Source of the DNA: Chrysemys picta bellii
Lineage: Eukaryota
Direction: 5' to 3'
DNA length: 64,000 bases
Assembly: GCF_011386835.1 (NCBI RefSeq)
Contig: NC_088797.1
Coordinates: forward strand, 40,858,001 to 40,922,000
A model generated the notes under the pieces. That model worked only from the letters and a program-made list of their open reading frames with translations, ran no database searches and had not been told where the DNA came from. The position numbers and the translations under genes were made by a program. Of the stretch, positions 50,047 through 62,790 are shown piece after piece. The stretch's first letter is position 1; every line of letters begins with the position of its first letter.

Positions 50047-50668
50047 TAGGGTGACCAGATGCCACAGATTAAATATCGGGACGGGGGGGGGAGGGGGGAA
50101 GGCCGCGGGGGAGGGGGGCAGAGAAGAAAAAAGCCGGCGGCGGAGAGGGAAAAAAAAAACAAAAACGGCCGGAGCACCCCCCAGCCGAGCCGCGCTCCGG
50201 GCCCTTCCTGCAGCTCCCTGCCCAGCCGTTCCCGGGCTCCGTCGCCCCGGCCCCGCAGCAGGGGCTGCTCCGCTCCACCCCGCCAGGGCTGGGACACTCG
50301 CCCCCGCAGCCCCGGACAGCCCCTCTCCAGCCGCGGGGAGCTCGGGGACCTGGGCAGGGGGCGAACCAGGTAGCCGGGCCCGGCCCCTCCCGGCAGGAGC
50401 GTGTCCGCCTCCGACCCACCGCACTGCCCCGCGGGCTGCAGGGCTGGAGCAGCCTCCGCACTGCACTCCCGGCCCCGGGCCCTGAAGGCGGCGGTGAAGC
50501 CAAGCGGCTTGCCCTGGTGACCCTAAGTGAGCCTAGGGGGCGAGAGTCCCTCCAGGACGTCAAAATTGCTTGTTTGTCCAGTGTCCCGACCGCACATCGG
50601 TCGGGACGCGGGACAAACAAGCCAATATCGGGACAGTCCCGATAAAATCGGGACATCTGGTCACCCTA
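50047..50668. mobile_element. CpG-rich non-autonomous hAT element
   Basis: TIRs TAGGGTGACCAGATG / CATCTGGTCACCCTA; perfect 8-bp TSD ACCCCAAC (50039-50046, 50669-50676); subterminal CGGGAC repeats. Confidence 0.95.
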
Positions 50669-53344
50669 ACCCCAACAGTGACATAAATCTGTCAGAATCT
50701 CTGGGGAGGGCATCAGGCCATACACCAGCTGTGAGCTTCCTCGCAACGCAAGTCTTCAGTACTGCACAGGGCACAACTTCCATCCCCACACAGATGCCAA
50801 CAGGAATCAATGAAGTGCTCCTCCCTCCCCAGTCCTGAAAATGATATTTTGAAAAAGTGGCATTTAGTGTACACCTACCTCAGGAACCACTGTAGTCAAA
50901 GAGAGCCAGTGAATACAAAAGGCATGAGTGCAGCTGATTGCAAACAGTAATCTGCCCCAGAGGGAATTACTAATTTGTTAAGCTATTGTACTCTCACAAA
51001 TGGCATGTGTTCTTAATACAAAACATGTGGTGCAAAAGAACATCTGTGGTGTAATGTTTCTAATTTCAAAATGGGAAGGTGGATGTGGCCTCTAGCAAGA
51101 GGAGCCATCACACCTCAGCAAGCAGGTACAGATCTATCAGTGTAAATAAAAAATAAATCACACCACTGTAAGCTCATTAGTAGCCCTGGCACCCACAGGG
51201 GTTTTAATCTGGAAGGGCTGGTCACTTAAATTAAAAATGATCTCCCCCATAAATGAGGGTGTGGAAGTTTTACTGTAGAGCGGCACGTGAAATGCTATTC
51301 ATAGGTGTCCTACAGATGCAAATATTCTGAAAGAAGAATGCAAATTTATTGCATTTTGTAAAATCTACTGTACAAAGAGGAGGAAATGCCAACTACTGTA
51401 GTTATGGGCAAGAAAGAGGAGGATGGGTACGAACGGAGATGCAACAACAGCAAGTTTCATCTGCTATCTTAGAAAAGCTCAATAATTCAAGCAAAGCTGA
51501 AATGTTTAAATATGAAGTACCCCCATCAAGCAGGAAATCATCACAGCCCCAAATACCTCAAAATCAAATGCTGCTACTTAATCAAGTAAAAGTCAACTTG
51601 AAATCTAAGGGATGAATTTTAAATATCAATTGGAACTAATAAATCAGCTGACTGTTATTTTTGAAATGGTCTTTAAGGGTCTTTAAAAAGTACAAGCTCT
51701 TCTAAACCAAAGCTGTTACTAGGCAAAAGCTTCCAGGATTTCCAGATGCTGAGCGCAGTTACACCTATGCAGAGAGACCAATATCGAGCCTAGACAGCTT
51801 TTAACAGGGGTTGTGGTTCTGGATAGGGCTGGTAAAGAATAACCCCAGGTTATCTCCACTAGTTTGACTTTCAGCTAGAATTTACAATGGGCCGAACTCA
51901 TCCCTCAATATCACCGAGTACATTTTCAGTCTTCGGTGGAGTTACACTGGTGAATATGAGGGACGAATTAGGCACTATGTGAGTTTGCTTTCTAGAGGCC
52001 AATTTTACCACTGGATGTGCACATGCAGCCCTCACTGAACTCCCCTGAAGGCAGAGCTCTGCCCTGGCTGTCCTAGCTGGAAGGGTGTTTAACACGCCTG
52101 AACGGATTCTCTCTCGTGCTCCTTTTCCTTTGATCAGGCAGCATTAATGGGAACTGCTTGCATCTCCTCAACCGGCATAGAGCACTTCCCCCCTCCCCCG
52201 GCATGGGGATGTTTGTAGAGGTATCACAACCAGAGCTGCTGTTCTCCGGCTATTCCCAAAAGGGGGAGGGTCTCTGGGGGGCGACTGCCAACTGGCATAG
52301 GTTAGTTTAAGCCCCAGGCTATGCTAACCTATTCAGGGGCTTAAACTACGGTGGAGCCAGCAAGCCACAATCAGTTTCCTGACAGTCTTCCCCTTCACCC
52401 CACCTCTATGCCAAGCGGGTGTTGGCTACAGCATAGGACGTAGCCAGTTTATTTTTGAATGAGAGTAATACTTATTTAGTAGAACACATACATATGTTTT
52501 TGTCCCAGTATATTATTTTCATATTTTTGGTCTAACTACAAATATTAAAAGCCTGAACCATCAACATTTAAAGGGAATTTTCTCTGCAATTCCGCATCAG
52601 CCACAATCCCATGTTCAGCCTCTCTCTGTGTAGTCCATCAATCTTCTAAGCAATCAGACTGACATCCAGTGGTCAGTGTTAAAGTTTCAGCACTCACCAG
52701 CCATTACCACTGTTCTGGGAGATACCACAGCGTTTCTTAATACTTTAGAATAGGAAATATCTCAGAAGCTGCTGTGCAGTGAGTGTTGGTAAAGGGTAAT
52801 ATTTTAATGTCACCCTCTGTAGATAACACAGACATCACTGCAGTATCTCATAAATCCACTCCCTCTTTGCATTCTCTGTGATCATGAAATGGGGTTGTGT
52901 GTTGAGATGATTCATGCTTTTACATCATAATATACAATCTATCTTTTATTATTTAAAGAAAAGGCATTCACTTGTCTACCCAAAAGAGGAAATAAAATTG
53001 ATCTTGTTTCTTCCCCTTAGAAATCCAGGTCCTTATCACCTGTTCACTGGTGTGAGATGTATTTGTTGTAAAATGTTTGCAATCACAAGTGTATCTTCAA
53101 TAGCGTCACCACTTAAAATATAAACAAACATCCTCTGTCTCCATCCTTCCTTTGCATTTCAACTCCCTGCACCTATTACATTAACCATAGTATTCTTGCG
53201 GATCACACCTTTATTATATCAATGGAGTGCCTGAAAAGTACCTCCACTAGTACAGCAGTTGTTCCCAACCGCTAAACCACCCATGCCCTGGTTACTGAAC
53301 TTCCCAACCTGAGCAAAGGGCTAGTAAGATGCAGAGTAAATATG

Positions 53345-53600
53345 AGGGAAAGGAAGGTCTTGTGGTTAAGACATTGGGCTAGAATTTAATCTGGTTTCAG
53401 CTCCCAGCTCTGCCAAAGATTTTCTGTTCACCCTTGAGCAACTTACTTAATCTCTTTGTGCCTCAGTTCCCCTGGAAATGACACTACTCCCACCTTCTGT
53501 CTGTTTGGCTTATTTAGAATGTAAGCTCTTTGGGTCACACGAAGTCTCATACTACATGTCTACATAGCAGCTTGCACGACAGGGCTCTCTCTGATCTTGG
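53345..53600 (+). mobile_element. Old tRNA-derived SINE (CORE/LF-SINE-like)
   Basis: tRNA-like head, CTTAATCTCTTTGTGCCTCAGTTCCCC, then TATTTAGAATGTAAGCTCTTTGGG. Confidence 0.5.
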
Positions 53601-55364
53601 CTGGAGGCTCTAGGTAGTAGAAGCATAATAAATAATAACACTGTATAGCAATGAATGTCTGCTACTTCAGATAACAATGCACATATCTGCCACCCACAGG
53701 AAATGTGGATATTTTATCCCAACTTCAAGTAGTATTAAGTTATTTCTCACTTTGTGTGATCCATTGTAATAGCAGAGCCATGTGTGCCCCTGTAAAGTGC
53801 CATATGACATGATCATGTATGCTTAGGACCTGCTGTCGATTTTACAACTTAGGTATTTTCCAAGTGTTCAGTAGTAGAAGTGAGTAGCAGGTGTTTTGTG
53901 GCCACCACATCACTCTGGGAGTGCCAAATATTTAGAGTAACCAATGTAGCAATGGAAGCTCCAGCACTGAAGCTGTCTTTGTCGCTCAGGTAGAAAGGTA
54001 TGTCATTATGCTTTTGCAGCTCTTTACACTGGTTTTGTATTGCATCCATTGTAGCTGACTTCAGTGAGATATACAGAATTAAGGTTTGTAAATCTCACAA
54101 GAGCAACACTGTAGACAAAATAACCAATACAAAGAAATCCAGTACTTTGCAAAAAAAAAAAAAGCTAATGGATTGGCCTGTAGGACTAAAGGAAATGAGC
54201 ATCGTTCCCAACAGGGAACTTTGATGTATTTCTAATCCATGTACTCAGGGTACTCAGATACTATGAGAATGGATATCACAGAAATCCCTGTAATAATGGT
54301 CCATATCTTCAGAAATGGAGTTACGCCAATTTACACCAGGTGAGGCGCTGACCACCCTATATATTCAGAAGCTCTTTCTAAGTAATTTATTTCACCTGAT
54401 CAAAGGAAAAATCAAATGGAAGTATCTTTAAGGGAATTCAGACAACAAATGGCATGCTGATGTGAGTATTCCTGAGGTTTATATTCCCATCTTGGTACAT
54501 AACATTTTACGTTCAGAACTTCTAGGGGGAATTCTTACTGCTTCTATTAAAAATGGGTTTAATATTTCTAATATGTAAACTAAAGGCTATAGGAGGCACT
54601 ATACTCAAGGGTGCTGCATGTGCGGAACGAGGGCTGTCTATTGGCCTAACTCTGCAATCTTTGTTTTAACAATATTGGCTTCATAGAACCTAACAGAGAG
54701 TTAACCAGCAGAAATACAAGTTGTACTTCACCCGCCAAGCCCCCCAAAATAACTACCAACAACAATACTTTAGCACCTGAAATGCCATGCTACCTACAGA
54801 TCACACATCCCCCCTCAGAGACCTATTTTCTTGTTTAATTGATTGGCTCCAATCTTCCATCTGACATTTTTCTGTTCGGTTTTCTGTTTGCTTGTGTTTG
54901 TTTATTTGTGGGAGAGGGGTGTGGAGTGATTGATTGGGGAGGAACATGATAACTACAAAGAAATAATATGAGGAAGAAATGGACTGAGGTGATTCAGACA
55001 CTAAAATCTTGTTTGCTGACTTGATGTCTATTTTTTAAAGAAATGTTAAAGTGTCTGAAAGTTTTATAGAATGTCAGGTCCAGGCACAAGTCCATTTACG
55101 GTACCTTTACTAAAACAATATGCTTTTCCTTTTATTTCACTATGTTTGTCTACATCCTAATATTTTCAGAAAATACTTTTCATTTTGTTTTAACAGTTGG
55201 GTTGTTTCTATTTCATGCCCTGGCTTTGTAAATTGAATTACACCTTTCCTCCAGCCTTCTTACATGGCCCTGGACCCCAAGCTATCCTCCTGTCACATTT
55301 AGGGCATAATATACCCTGACTGACTGACTTCAGTTAAGTTGGAGTAGGCTCTTATCTAGTATAA

Positions 55365-55642
55365 GACTATCTACACACTGCAGCTTATGTCGATATAAGT
55401 TATGTCGCTCAGGGATGTGAAGTAGCCACCCCCAAGTGACATAACTTATGCCGACTTAAGTGCCAGCATGGACAGCGCTATGTCAGTGGTAGAAGCTACC
55501 ACTGCTCACCAGGGCTGGATTACTTAAGCTGACGGGAGAGTTCTCTCTTGTTGGCTTAGAGCAGTTCCAGTAGAGAGCTTACAGCGGCGCAGCTACGTTG
55601 GTGCAGCTGTGCCACTGTAAGCTCTCTAGTGTAGCCATAGCT
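55365..55642. mobile_element. PIF/Harbinger-like MITE
   Basis: TAA|GACTATCTACAC ... AGTGTAGCCATAGCT|TTA. Confidence 0.6.
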
Positions 55643-55645
55643 TTA

Positions 55646-55925
55646 GGCTTGGTACACACTTAAAAGTTGACATAGGTTCCTTGGGTCAGGGCTGTGAAAA
55701 AACCACACTGCTGACTGACACAGCTATGCTGACCTAATCCCCAGTGTAGATGTAGCTACGTTGGTAGAAAAATGAATTCTTCCATCCACACAGCTGCTGT
55801 ATTTCTACACCAATGAAAAAAAAACTCTTCCATCTGTGTAGGCTGCATCAACACTTCAGGACCAAGCTGGCATAGCTACAGAGAAGTAGCTATGCTGGTA
55901 TAGTCTCTGAAGTGTTGACATACTC
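55646..55925. mobile_element. PIF/Harbinger-like MITE, adjacent to the previous one
   Basis: TTA|GGCTTGGTACACACT ... AGTGTTGACATACTC|TAA; reverse-oriented relative of 33141-33421 and 61008-61279. Confidence 0.6.
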
Positions 55926-58900
55926 TAAGCCACAGTTCCTAGTAAAGATGGACCTCTGCTACTGAAAGCTAATGGCAAACAAATGAAACAGATATTACAT
56001 TATTTTGATTTAATATTACAATTTAAAGCTGTCCACAATCACCAATCACAATTTGTGAAAAATGCTCGCCAGCACTGCATACAGATCTCCTTAGCTAACA
56101 GCTTAGAGATGTCCTTAAATGCTCAGAGTTGCACGGGGGGGAGGGGGAGAAATCTCAGTAGCTGTTTTAAAACTTCACACAGAGGAGGCTGGAAAGCAGA
56201 AACTCTGCATGCATCTCATGAACGTTCTACTTTCCTCCTTTGAATACAGAGATCAATCTTGGACTGAGTGCTAAAGCCTCACCATGAAGGGCTATTCTTT
56301 GCTACTACTTCAGGCTGAAACAAAAGACACTTCAGGAGATATAATCATTGCTGCCTAGTTCCTTTTCCTGGGCCCTTACAATGGGCCCCAGTTCTTTTTT
56401 TTTTTTTTCCACACATCTTTCTCTTTTATTTTCTTCTTCTGTCCTTTTACTTTCTTTCTGCCTCATTGAATCCATTAGAGTCTTTATATAGTCTGCTATT
56501 GAAAAATACATTTTCTGTGTGGGACTACTGACTGAGTTTTAACTGCTGGCAAGCAGAGTTTAACTCCTTCTAATGGGAGGGCAGCTGACTGACGGGCAAA
56601 AGGTATGGAGAGCTATTTCTGAACTTTATGTTTTGGCACACACGAGATATGTTGCTAGGAGTCTCCAGGGAGAGCCGAGTGGATATTAGACTCAGTGGAA
56701 GGCAGTGCACAGTTTAGTTAAATACTTTGCTCCAATCCCTAGCAAATTTGTATCAACTTTTCAATTTTCTTTTGCTTTGGCTGTATTCTGGTCTCTCTTA
56801 CACAATTATAAATCAGCAGTCACTCCACTGAAGTCAATGGAGTCAGAGCAGTGTAAAGCTGATGTGAGATCAAAATTGGGTCACTGTAGTCTCAAAACGA
56901 AAGCCTTTCTGCACAGTAGGATATCATAGTCAACAATTTCAAAGACACTAAAATATGGGGCAGAGTAAAGTCACCGCAGTCTGCCACCAACCTTTCTAAT
57001 GGGACCAATATAGCCCTGTGCCCAATTTAAGAGGATTCATTCCCCTGCAGTAAATTAGGGGCCAGATCATGGCCTTATACAGGAATACATACAGTTGGGG
57101 AGAAGGTAAAAAGGCACCTTCCTTTCCTTGCACAGCCCACTCCAAGCATAGCACCCAGATGAGGTGCGGACATGATGGAGCTATGGCCCTAACTGGCACA
57201 TTGAATGAGATCAGCATGCAAATAGGGAGTATGCTGGACAACATAAAGGGATGTAATAGTGGGCGTTCTCCCATGTGTGGTGGGAAGCTGCATGAGGGCT
57301 GTTCCTTAAAAGAACACTGATACAGAGCTAGATTCTGCCCAGGGAGATTCATTTCAAGATCTGAGCCCTAGCGAATAGCAGGTGGAAATTATGTGAAAGC
57401 TAAGCTTTCAGATCCTCCAGTGCTGAATGCCTAGTACAAGAAATGAAAAATGTCACCTTTGCCTCTGAAAATAATGTCACTTCTTTGAAAAAGTAAAGCA
57501 AAAGGAGAGACAAAAGAAAATTATTTTTCTTTCTCTAGCACGGTGTCCTCTGTTCTACTCGTCCAGCATGGATAATCAAATAATTTGACAGGAGGAACAG
57601 AAAGACGCCCATAAATCACTTCACACTACCCAGCTGCGCTTGTGAGTGAGGAAGGGGAGAGGTTGTGGAGAGGACTGGAAGGAATTTGTTGAATTCTGTA
57701 GCTAAGGATGGCTTTATACTCAGCCAGTGCTGAGTTTGACAGCTTAAATATTGTCTTTGAAAGTTGACAGGTACTGATAAACTGCTTGTCTAAATTCATG
57801 GATTTCCCTTGACAAGAAAATAAAACTTTAACCAGATCTAGTGGAGTTTCAACTTCATTTTTCTAGTGATCTTTAAAGGTTTGGAGTTTAACTTATTGGG
57901 AATAGCACTCGAAAACTCAGATGCTCATCAAGTATGGATCTTAACTATCTAGGTCTGTTGGGTCTGTTACCCTGGACTGAAAATCTAGCTAGGACCAGAT
58001 CATATTAATCAGTGGGACTTCTTGAGGAGTAAGGTATTATTCAGCCTGAGTAAAGTGCAACAATCTGGCTGTTAAAAAGTGTGAATTTCACCAAGTCTGA
58101 CCTGAAACCATTAATCCAAACAAGCCCACTTAAGGGATCCATGAATCTTTACCCTTATCTGAGCTTCATGTTGTGACAAACCCCCCAAACCAGGTGCCAT
58201 TAGGAAGTTTTATTGACTCAAACCAAGTTTGCCAAACCCAGTCAAGCAGAACACGACAAGCTTCAGTCACAGCCATAAATCTGAGGAGCTGCTCCGGGAG
58301 ACCTGAGAGGAATGCCACAGGTTTAGACATTTATGCATATAGAAAGCAGTAGGAAAAGCCTGCACTTTAAGGAAAGTGCCAAATTCTGCCCTCACTTACA
58401 CCTATGCAATCCAATAACCAATTTTCTTAATGTAGGTAAAATTGTAACATAGTTCCTTTAGAGACAAGGAAATCTTTTGCCCGTTAAGGTTTCTATACCT
58501 TTTTCAGTAATGCCATGGTAGGAAGTAGAATACAAGAATGGCTAATAAAGGTCAAAAATATACAATTCAGCAGTTCTCCTGTCCTTAAGTTTTTGTGTGG
58601 TAAGTACACTGCCAAGTAACCCTCTCAGGGATCTTATTAAAATGAGTTGCAAACAATTATGTTAACCAAGCAGGATCCTTTTTAGACCTGCAATGCAAAA
58701 TAGGAAGGTAACTAATGATAATTAGGAAAAAGTGTCATAAATATTTAATGAGAAGATATTTGTGTAATAATTATCTATTCTATTATTCCATGTTTTGACT
58801 CATGGGACTTTCTTAATCAGTCCACTCACACATTCCATGGTAATGTGAAGATCTTATCTACCTAGCTGTTATCTGGCTCCCATCACTAAGTATCTGAGTG

Positions 58901-61007
58901 CATCAACTGTATACAGTAACACCAGAGAATCTCACAGGAAGCATTATGTTTCACCAGTGTTGATGATAAAGGTTTTTCTTGTAGACATTTGCTGCCTGCT
59001 GAAGAGCTGATTTTCCCTGCCCATTTCTGTTTTTATTTAGTTTAGTCCCTCAGAGTCAGCCCCCCCGATTTTTGTAATCTACCGCCTCTTTCTTCTATTT
59101 GTTATGGTGGATGATCGCACCACTGCATTGATTAAGGTAGTGTTTAACATCAGGAAACTCAAAACAAGTGGTGGGAGAACCTCAAAAGGTTCTCAGATTA
59201 AGTTCAGTCTGGATAAGCAGCTAAATGTTAAGATAGTTATTCAAACCACTCCAATATATAAAATAGGGCTGATGAACTCATAGGAACAAGCTTTTTTTGG
59301 GAGATTTCTATATCTTCCAATTGGTCCCTGAAATTCCATAAGAGGTTTTCACAAAGTACTGCACTTTGCCAGTTCCAGTCCTGGTCAGAACCTAGAGGTG
59401 CAGGGGAATTGCAAAGGACGATAACTTTCCATTTGGGTTTGACTTAAGTTTGGGGCAAAGGAATGGGAGAGGTGGTATCTTACTTGATTTGAATCATTTC
59501 ATCCATCCAAGCTCATGGGTCATAATCCCGGTGGTTATGTGGGTATTGTGATACTCAGAGCATTAATTCACCCTCTGATCTCAGTGTTACGCGATAATAC
59601 ATTTTTACTTTAACACTTGACATTGGAAATTTTGACTCTTTGCTAAATCATATGTGGCAAAAATACAACCCATAATTTTGCAGACAGATATCGTGTGTTT
59701 TTGTTCTTTTAAAACTCATTAAAAAAGGTTTCTCCACCCAAAAGCAGTTTTCCACCCACCATCAAGATTTCTCCAGACAAGTACCATTAATACATATCGT
59801 AATGGACTGTGTCAATCATATCCCAATTTGCTCTATGAAGCACATCAAGAGAGCAAATTGGAATGAATACCAGATTTTAATGCATTTATTTACTGCTTTG
59901 TAGAGGGCAGGGGCGTGTTGGTTGTTTGCTTTTAGCAATGTAGTACTTATCTGATCATGTCGTTTATTGCCTTTTCATTGATGAGTCCAATAATTAAAAT
60001 GATCAATCATAAACCAAAAGCAAAGACTGAGCCATTAGCCAACCCAACAATAAGCAAATTGATATGGTATTAATATCTGCAACAAAGATCCTCCGTGATC
60101 AAAGCCTTGTCTTCTGGGATAAGTAGCTATAGTACTGCCTGATCTGAAGGCCATTGATATCAGTGGGAGTCTTCAATGGACTTTGGATCAGGCCATCAGG
60201 TTTCATCAGAAGTATTCTAAGGACTAGCTGCTAGAGATGAAATGACTCATCTATCTTGGCTCCTTGCTGCAAGCAGGAAAGATTCTACAAGCTTCCATAA
60301 ACTGATCTTGCATGTGACTGAGGGATGCTTATTGCATTAATTACTTGAAGAGCTAAATTGTGTCTAATCCTCACCATCTAAACAAAGTCCTTTTATTCAA
60401 GCCTACTGCTCCTTGTTGTACTAGATTTGCTTTTAAATAGTCCTCTTACTCCTGGTCTATTATTGCTCTTCAAATATTAGGACAGGGTATTATACGTAAG
60501 AATGCAAAGCTGGAGGGGTATCTCAGTGCTCTACGATTCAGGCTTGAACCACCAATAATCCCTGGAACCACAGATTAATTTTTGAAGCACTGCTTCAGCC
60601 CTTTCTTATTACAAGCTCACATATAGTGTAGAGAAGAGGGGTTCTTTATATGGCATTAAAAACGGTGGCATATTTTAGAAGACGATGGGTATGTCCAAAT
60701 GTCTTTGCCCAAATCTTTTCACTTCCCATGTGGTTATGCAGCAGGCTGCACACTAGCTGGCTATTGCTTCCCCCCCGCTCCACCCCGCCCCGCCCCACCC
60801 CAAGTGAGCATATCTCAGCGATGCTGTATGATGAATAAACACTCTAGCAATGCAATATATTATTACTAATGTGTCTTATTAATGGTAAGGTTCCTTGAGG
60901 TTTCTCCAGCTGCATTCACAGAATCCTGTATGTTAGGGATAGGAAGCACTATTCTAATAATCAACTCCTTGCCTAAAGCAGGAAGGACAAAGCTTTGCTC
61001 TCACAAA

Positions 61008-61279
61008 GGGTATGTCTACACTTAAAATGCTACAGAAGCACAGCTGTAGTGCTTCAGTGTAGACACTACTTACGTCAATGGGAGGGGCTCTCTGGTCACT
61101 GTACATAATCCATCTCCCCGAGAGTCAAAAGCTAGGCTGACAAAAGAATTCTGCTATCAACCTAGTGCTATCTACACCAGGGGTTAGGTCAGTATAGTTA
61201 TGTCTCTCAGGAGTGTGGATTTTTCACACCTCTGTGAGATGTACCTATACCAATGTAACTGCCTAGTGTAGACCAGTCC
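61008..61279. mobile_element. PIF/Harbinger-like MITE
   Basis: GGGTATGTCTACACT ... TAGTGTAGACCAGTCC|TAA; collinear with 33141-33421. Confidence 0.65.
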
Positions 61280-61324
61280 TAAGACATTAAGTTAGGACTC
61301 AAGTGAGAAACATGGGTCTCTCAC

Positions 61325-61873
61325 ATCTCTCTACATAGCAAAAATTGCAGATGACAAACTTATTTAGGATAGTTAGGACCAGAAAGGAGACAAATAAAAG
61401 GGACACAATAAAAGTACATAAAATATTGAATGCTGTAGAGAAGATAGATTGTAAGCTTCGGATCTCCTTGCCTGATAATACAAGAGCAAGGAAACATCCA
61501 ATTAAGTTAAAAGGTGGGAAACTCAAAACTGATTAAAGCAGGTATTTTTTCTCATAACATGTAACTAGACTGTGGAACTCATGCCACAAGAAGCCACTGA
61601 GGACAAGAACTTAGCAAGATTCAAAAAGGAATGTATAGGGATAACAAGAATATCCAGAATTATCATCATTAATGACATCAAACATTTTGGAAAAAATACT
61701 ACACCAATCTCTAACTACTAGAGACTAGAGGAAGACCTAATTTGGAAGGCAGATTACCCCACATTTACCTACTGCAGGTTCTTTCACCTGGTGGTGGACA
61801 CTGTTGAATACAGATTACTGGACTAGATGGATCTCAGATCTGATCCAGTGTGGCAATTCCTATGTTTCTATGT
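61325..61873 (+). mobile_element. Old CR1 3' fragment
   Basis: NTRARKHPIKLKGGKLKTD peptide, AGACTGTGGAACTCATGCCACAAGA, and a 3' UTR ending TTCCTATGTTTCTATG. Confidence 0.8.
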
Positions 61874-62039
61874 CTCATTATATTGTCACCTTTAGTTCCT
61901 TTTGGTCTTGCTCTATTCAGTGCATTAGTCTGTAAAGTATGTAAGCAAATAGTCAAATAACAGCAAGCTGATCGAAAGGTAAATTATCGATGAGCCAAAT
62001 CCTCAGTGAGGGTAAAGAGACATAGCTACATTGACGTCA

Positions 62040-62790
62040 ATCATAGCTGGTTGAAAAGTTTTCAACAACAGTTTTCCCATTTCCCATTCATCAAAATAGA
62101 AATGTTTTGTGGGAATGTTGCTATTTTCATTAAATTTTGAATGGGAAAAAGTCAAGATGTTTAGTTTCAAGAATGTGGCAAATGTTTCATTTCAGCTTTA
62201 TCATTTTGACTTTTATAATGTAATATTAACATTAATATTTTAATATCTTTATATTACAGCTGTCCAGAGGATGACAATTCCTTTTTGTGACAAATTTCAA
62301 GGTTTCAGAATTTGTTTTCATTCCATATGAAACACAAGCAAAACCTTTTGAACATTTTCATGAAACAGAATTATGTTAAAACATGATTTTTTTGGATCCA
62401 AAAGGTAAGTTTTCACCCTCTCACTCCTTCTCCCTTTCTCTCCACAACCAGAGAGTCGATCCCGAACCTCAAAAATCCTCCTGTTGAAAACTTTGTTGAA
62501 ACTGATACATCTCCCTGAGACATTTCAAATTTGATGAAGCAGCATATTTTATCAAAAATGTTCCAACCAGATCTTATTCATAAATATTAGATATCATATA
62601 TTAATATAATATAAACATCAAAATGAATCAAAATGTTTCAATGGTCCCAAACTGAAATTTTTTGGAATTCTCATCTTGTGGGAAATTTTGAAATTTCAGC
62701 ATTTTTTGTTCTAATTCAGAATGATCTTTTTTCCCTCAAAAATGTTGGCATTTTACCACAGAATGGAAATTCCAGTTCCCAGCCAGCTCT
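62040..62790. repeat. One or two AT-rich hAT-like MITE remnants
   Basis: TAGCTGGTTGAAAAGTTTT start and CCCAGCCAGCTCTG end, with composition resembling 17116-17543 and 40233-40630. Confidence 0.4.

Noticed and set aside
49981-50656. Several 100-195 aa Ala/Pro/Gly/Arg-rich ORFs suggesting a first exon
   Set aside because: They are open in many frames on both strands because of high GC, lie within TIR/TSD-bounded MITE sequence, and show no recognisable domain.
59054-59136. Possible 83-nt exon (ESAPPIFVIYRLFLLFVMVDDRTTALIK)
   Set aside because: Weak donor (GTAGTG) and no recognisable protein; not supportable from sequence alone.
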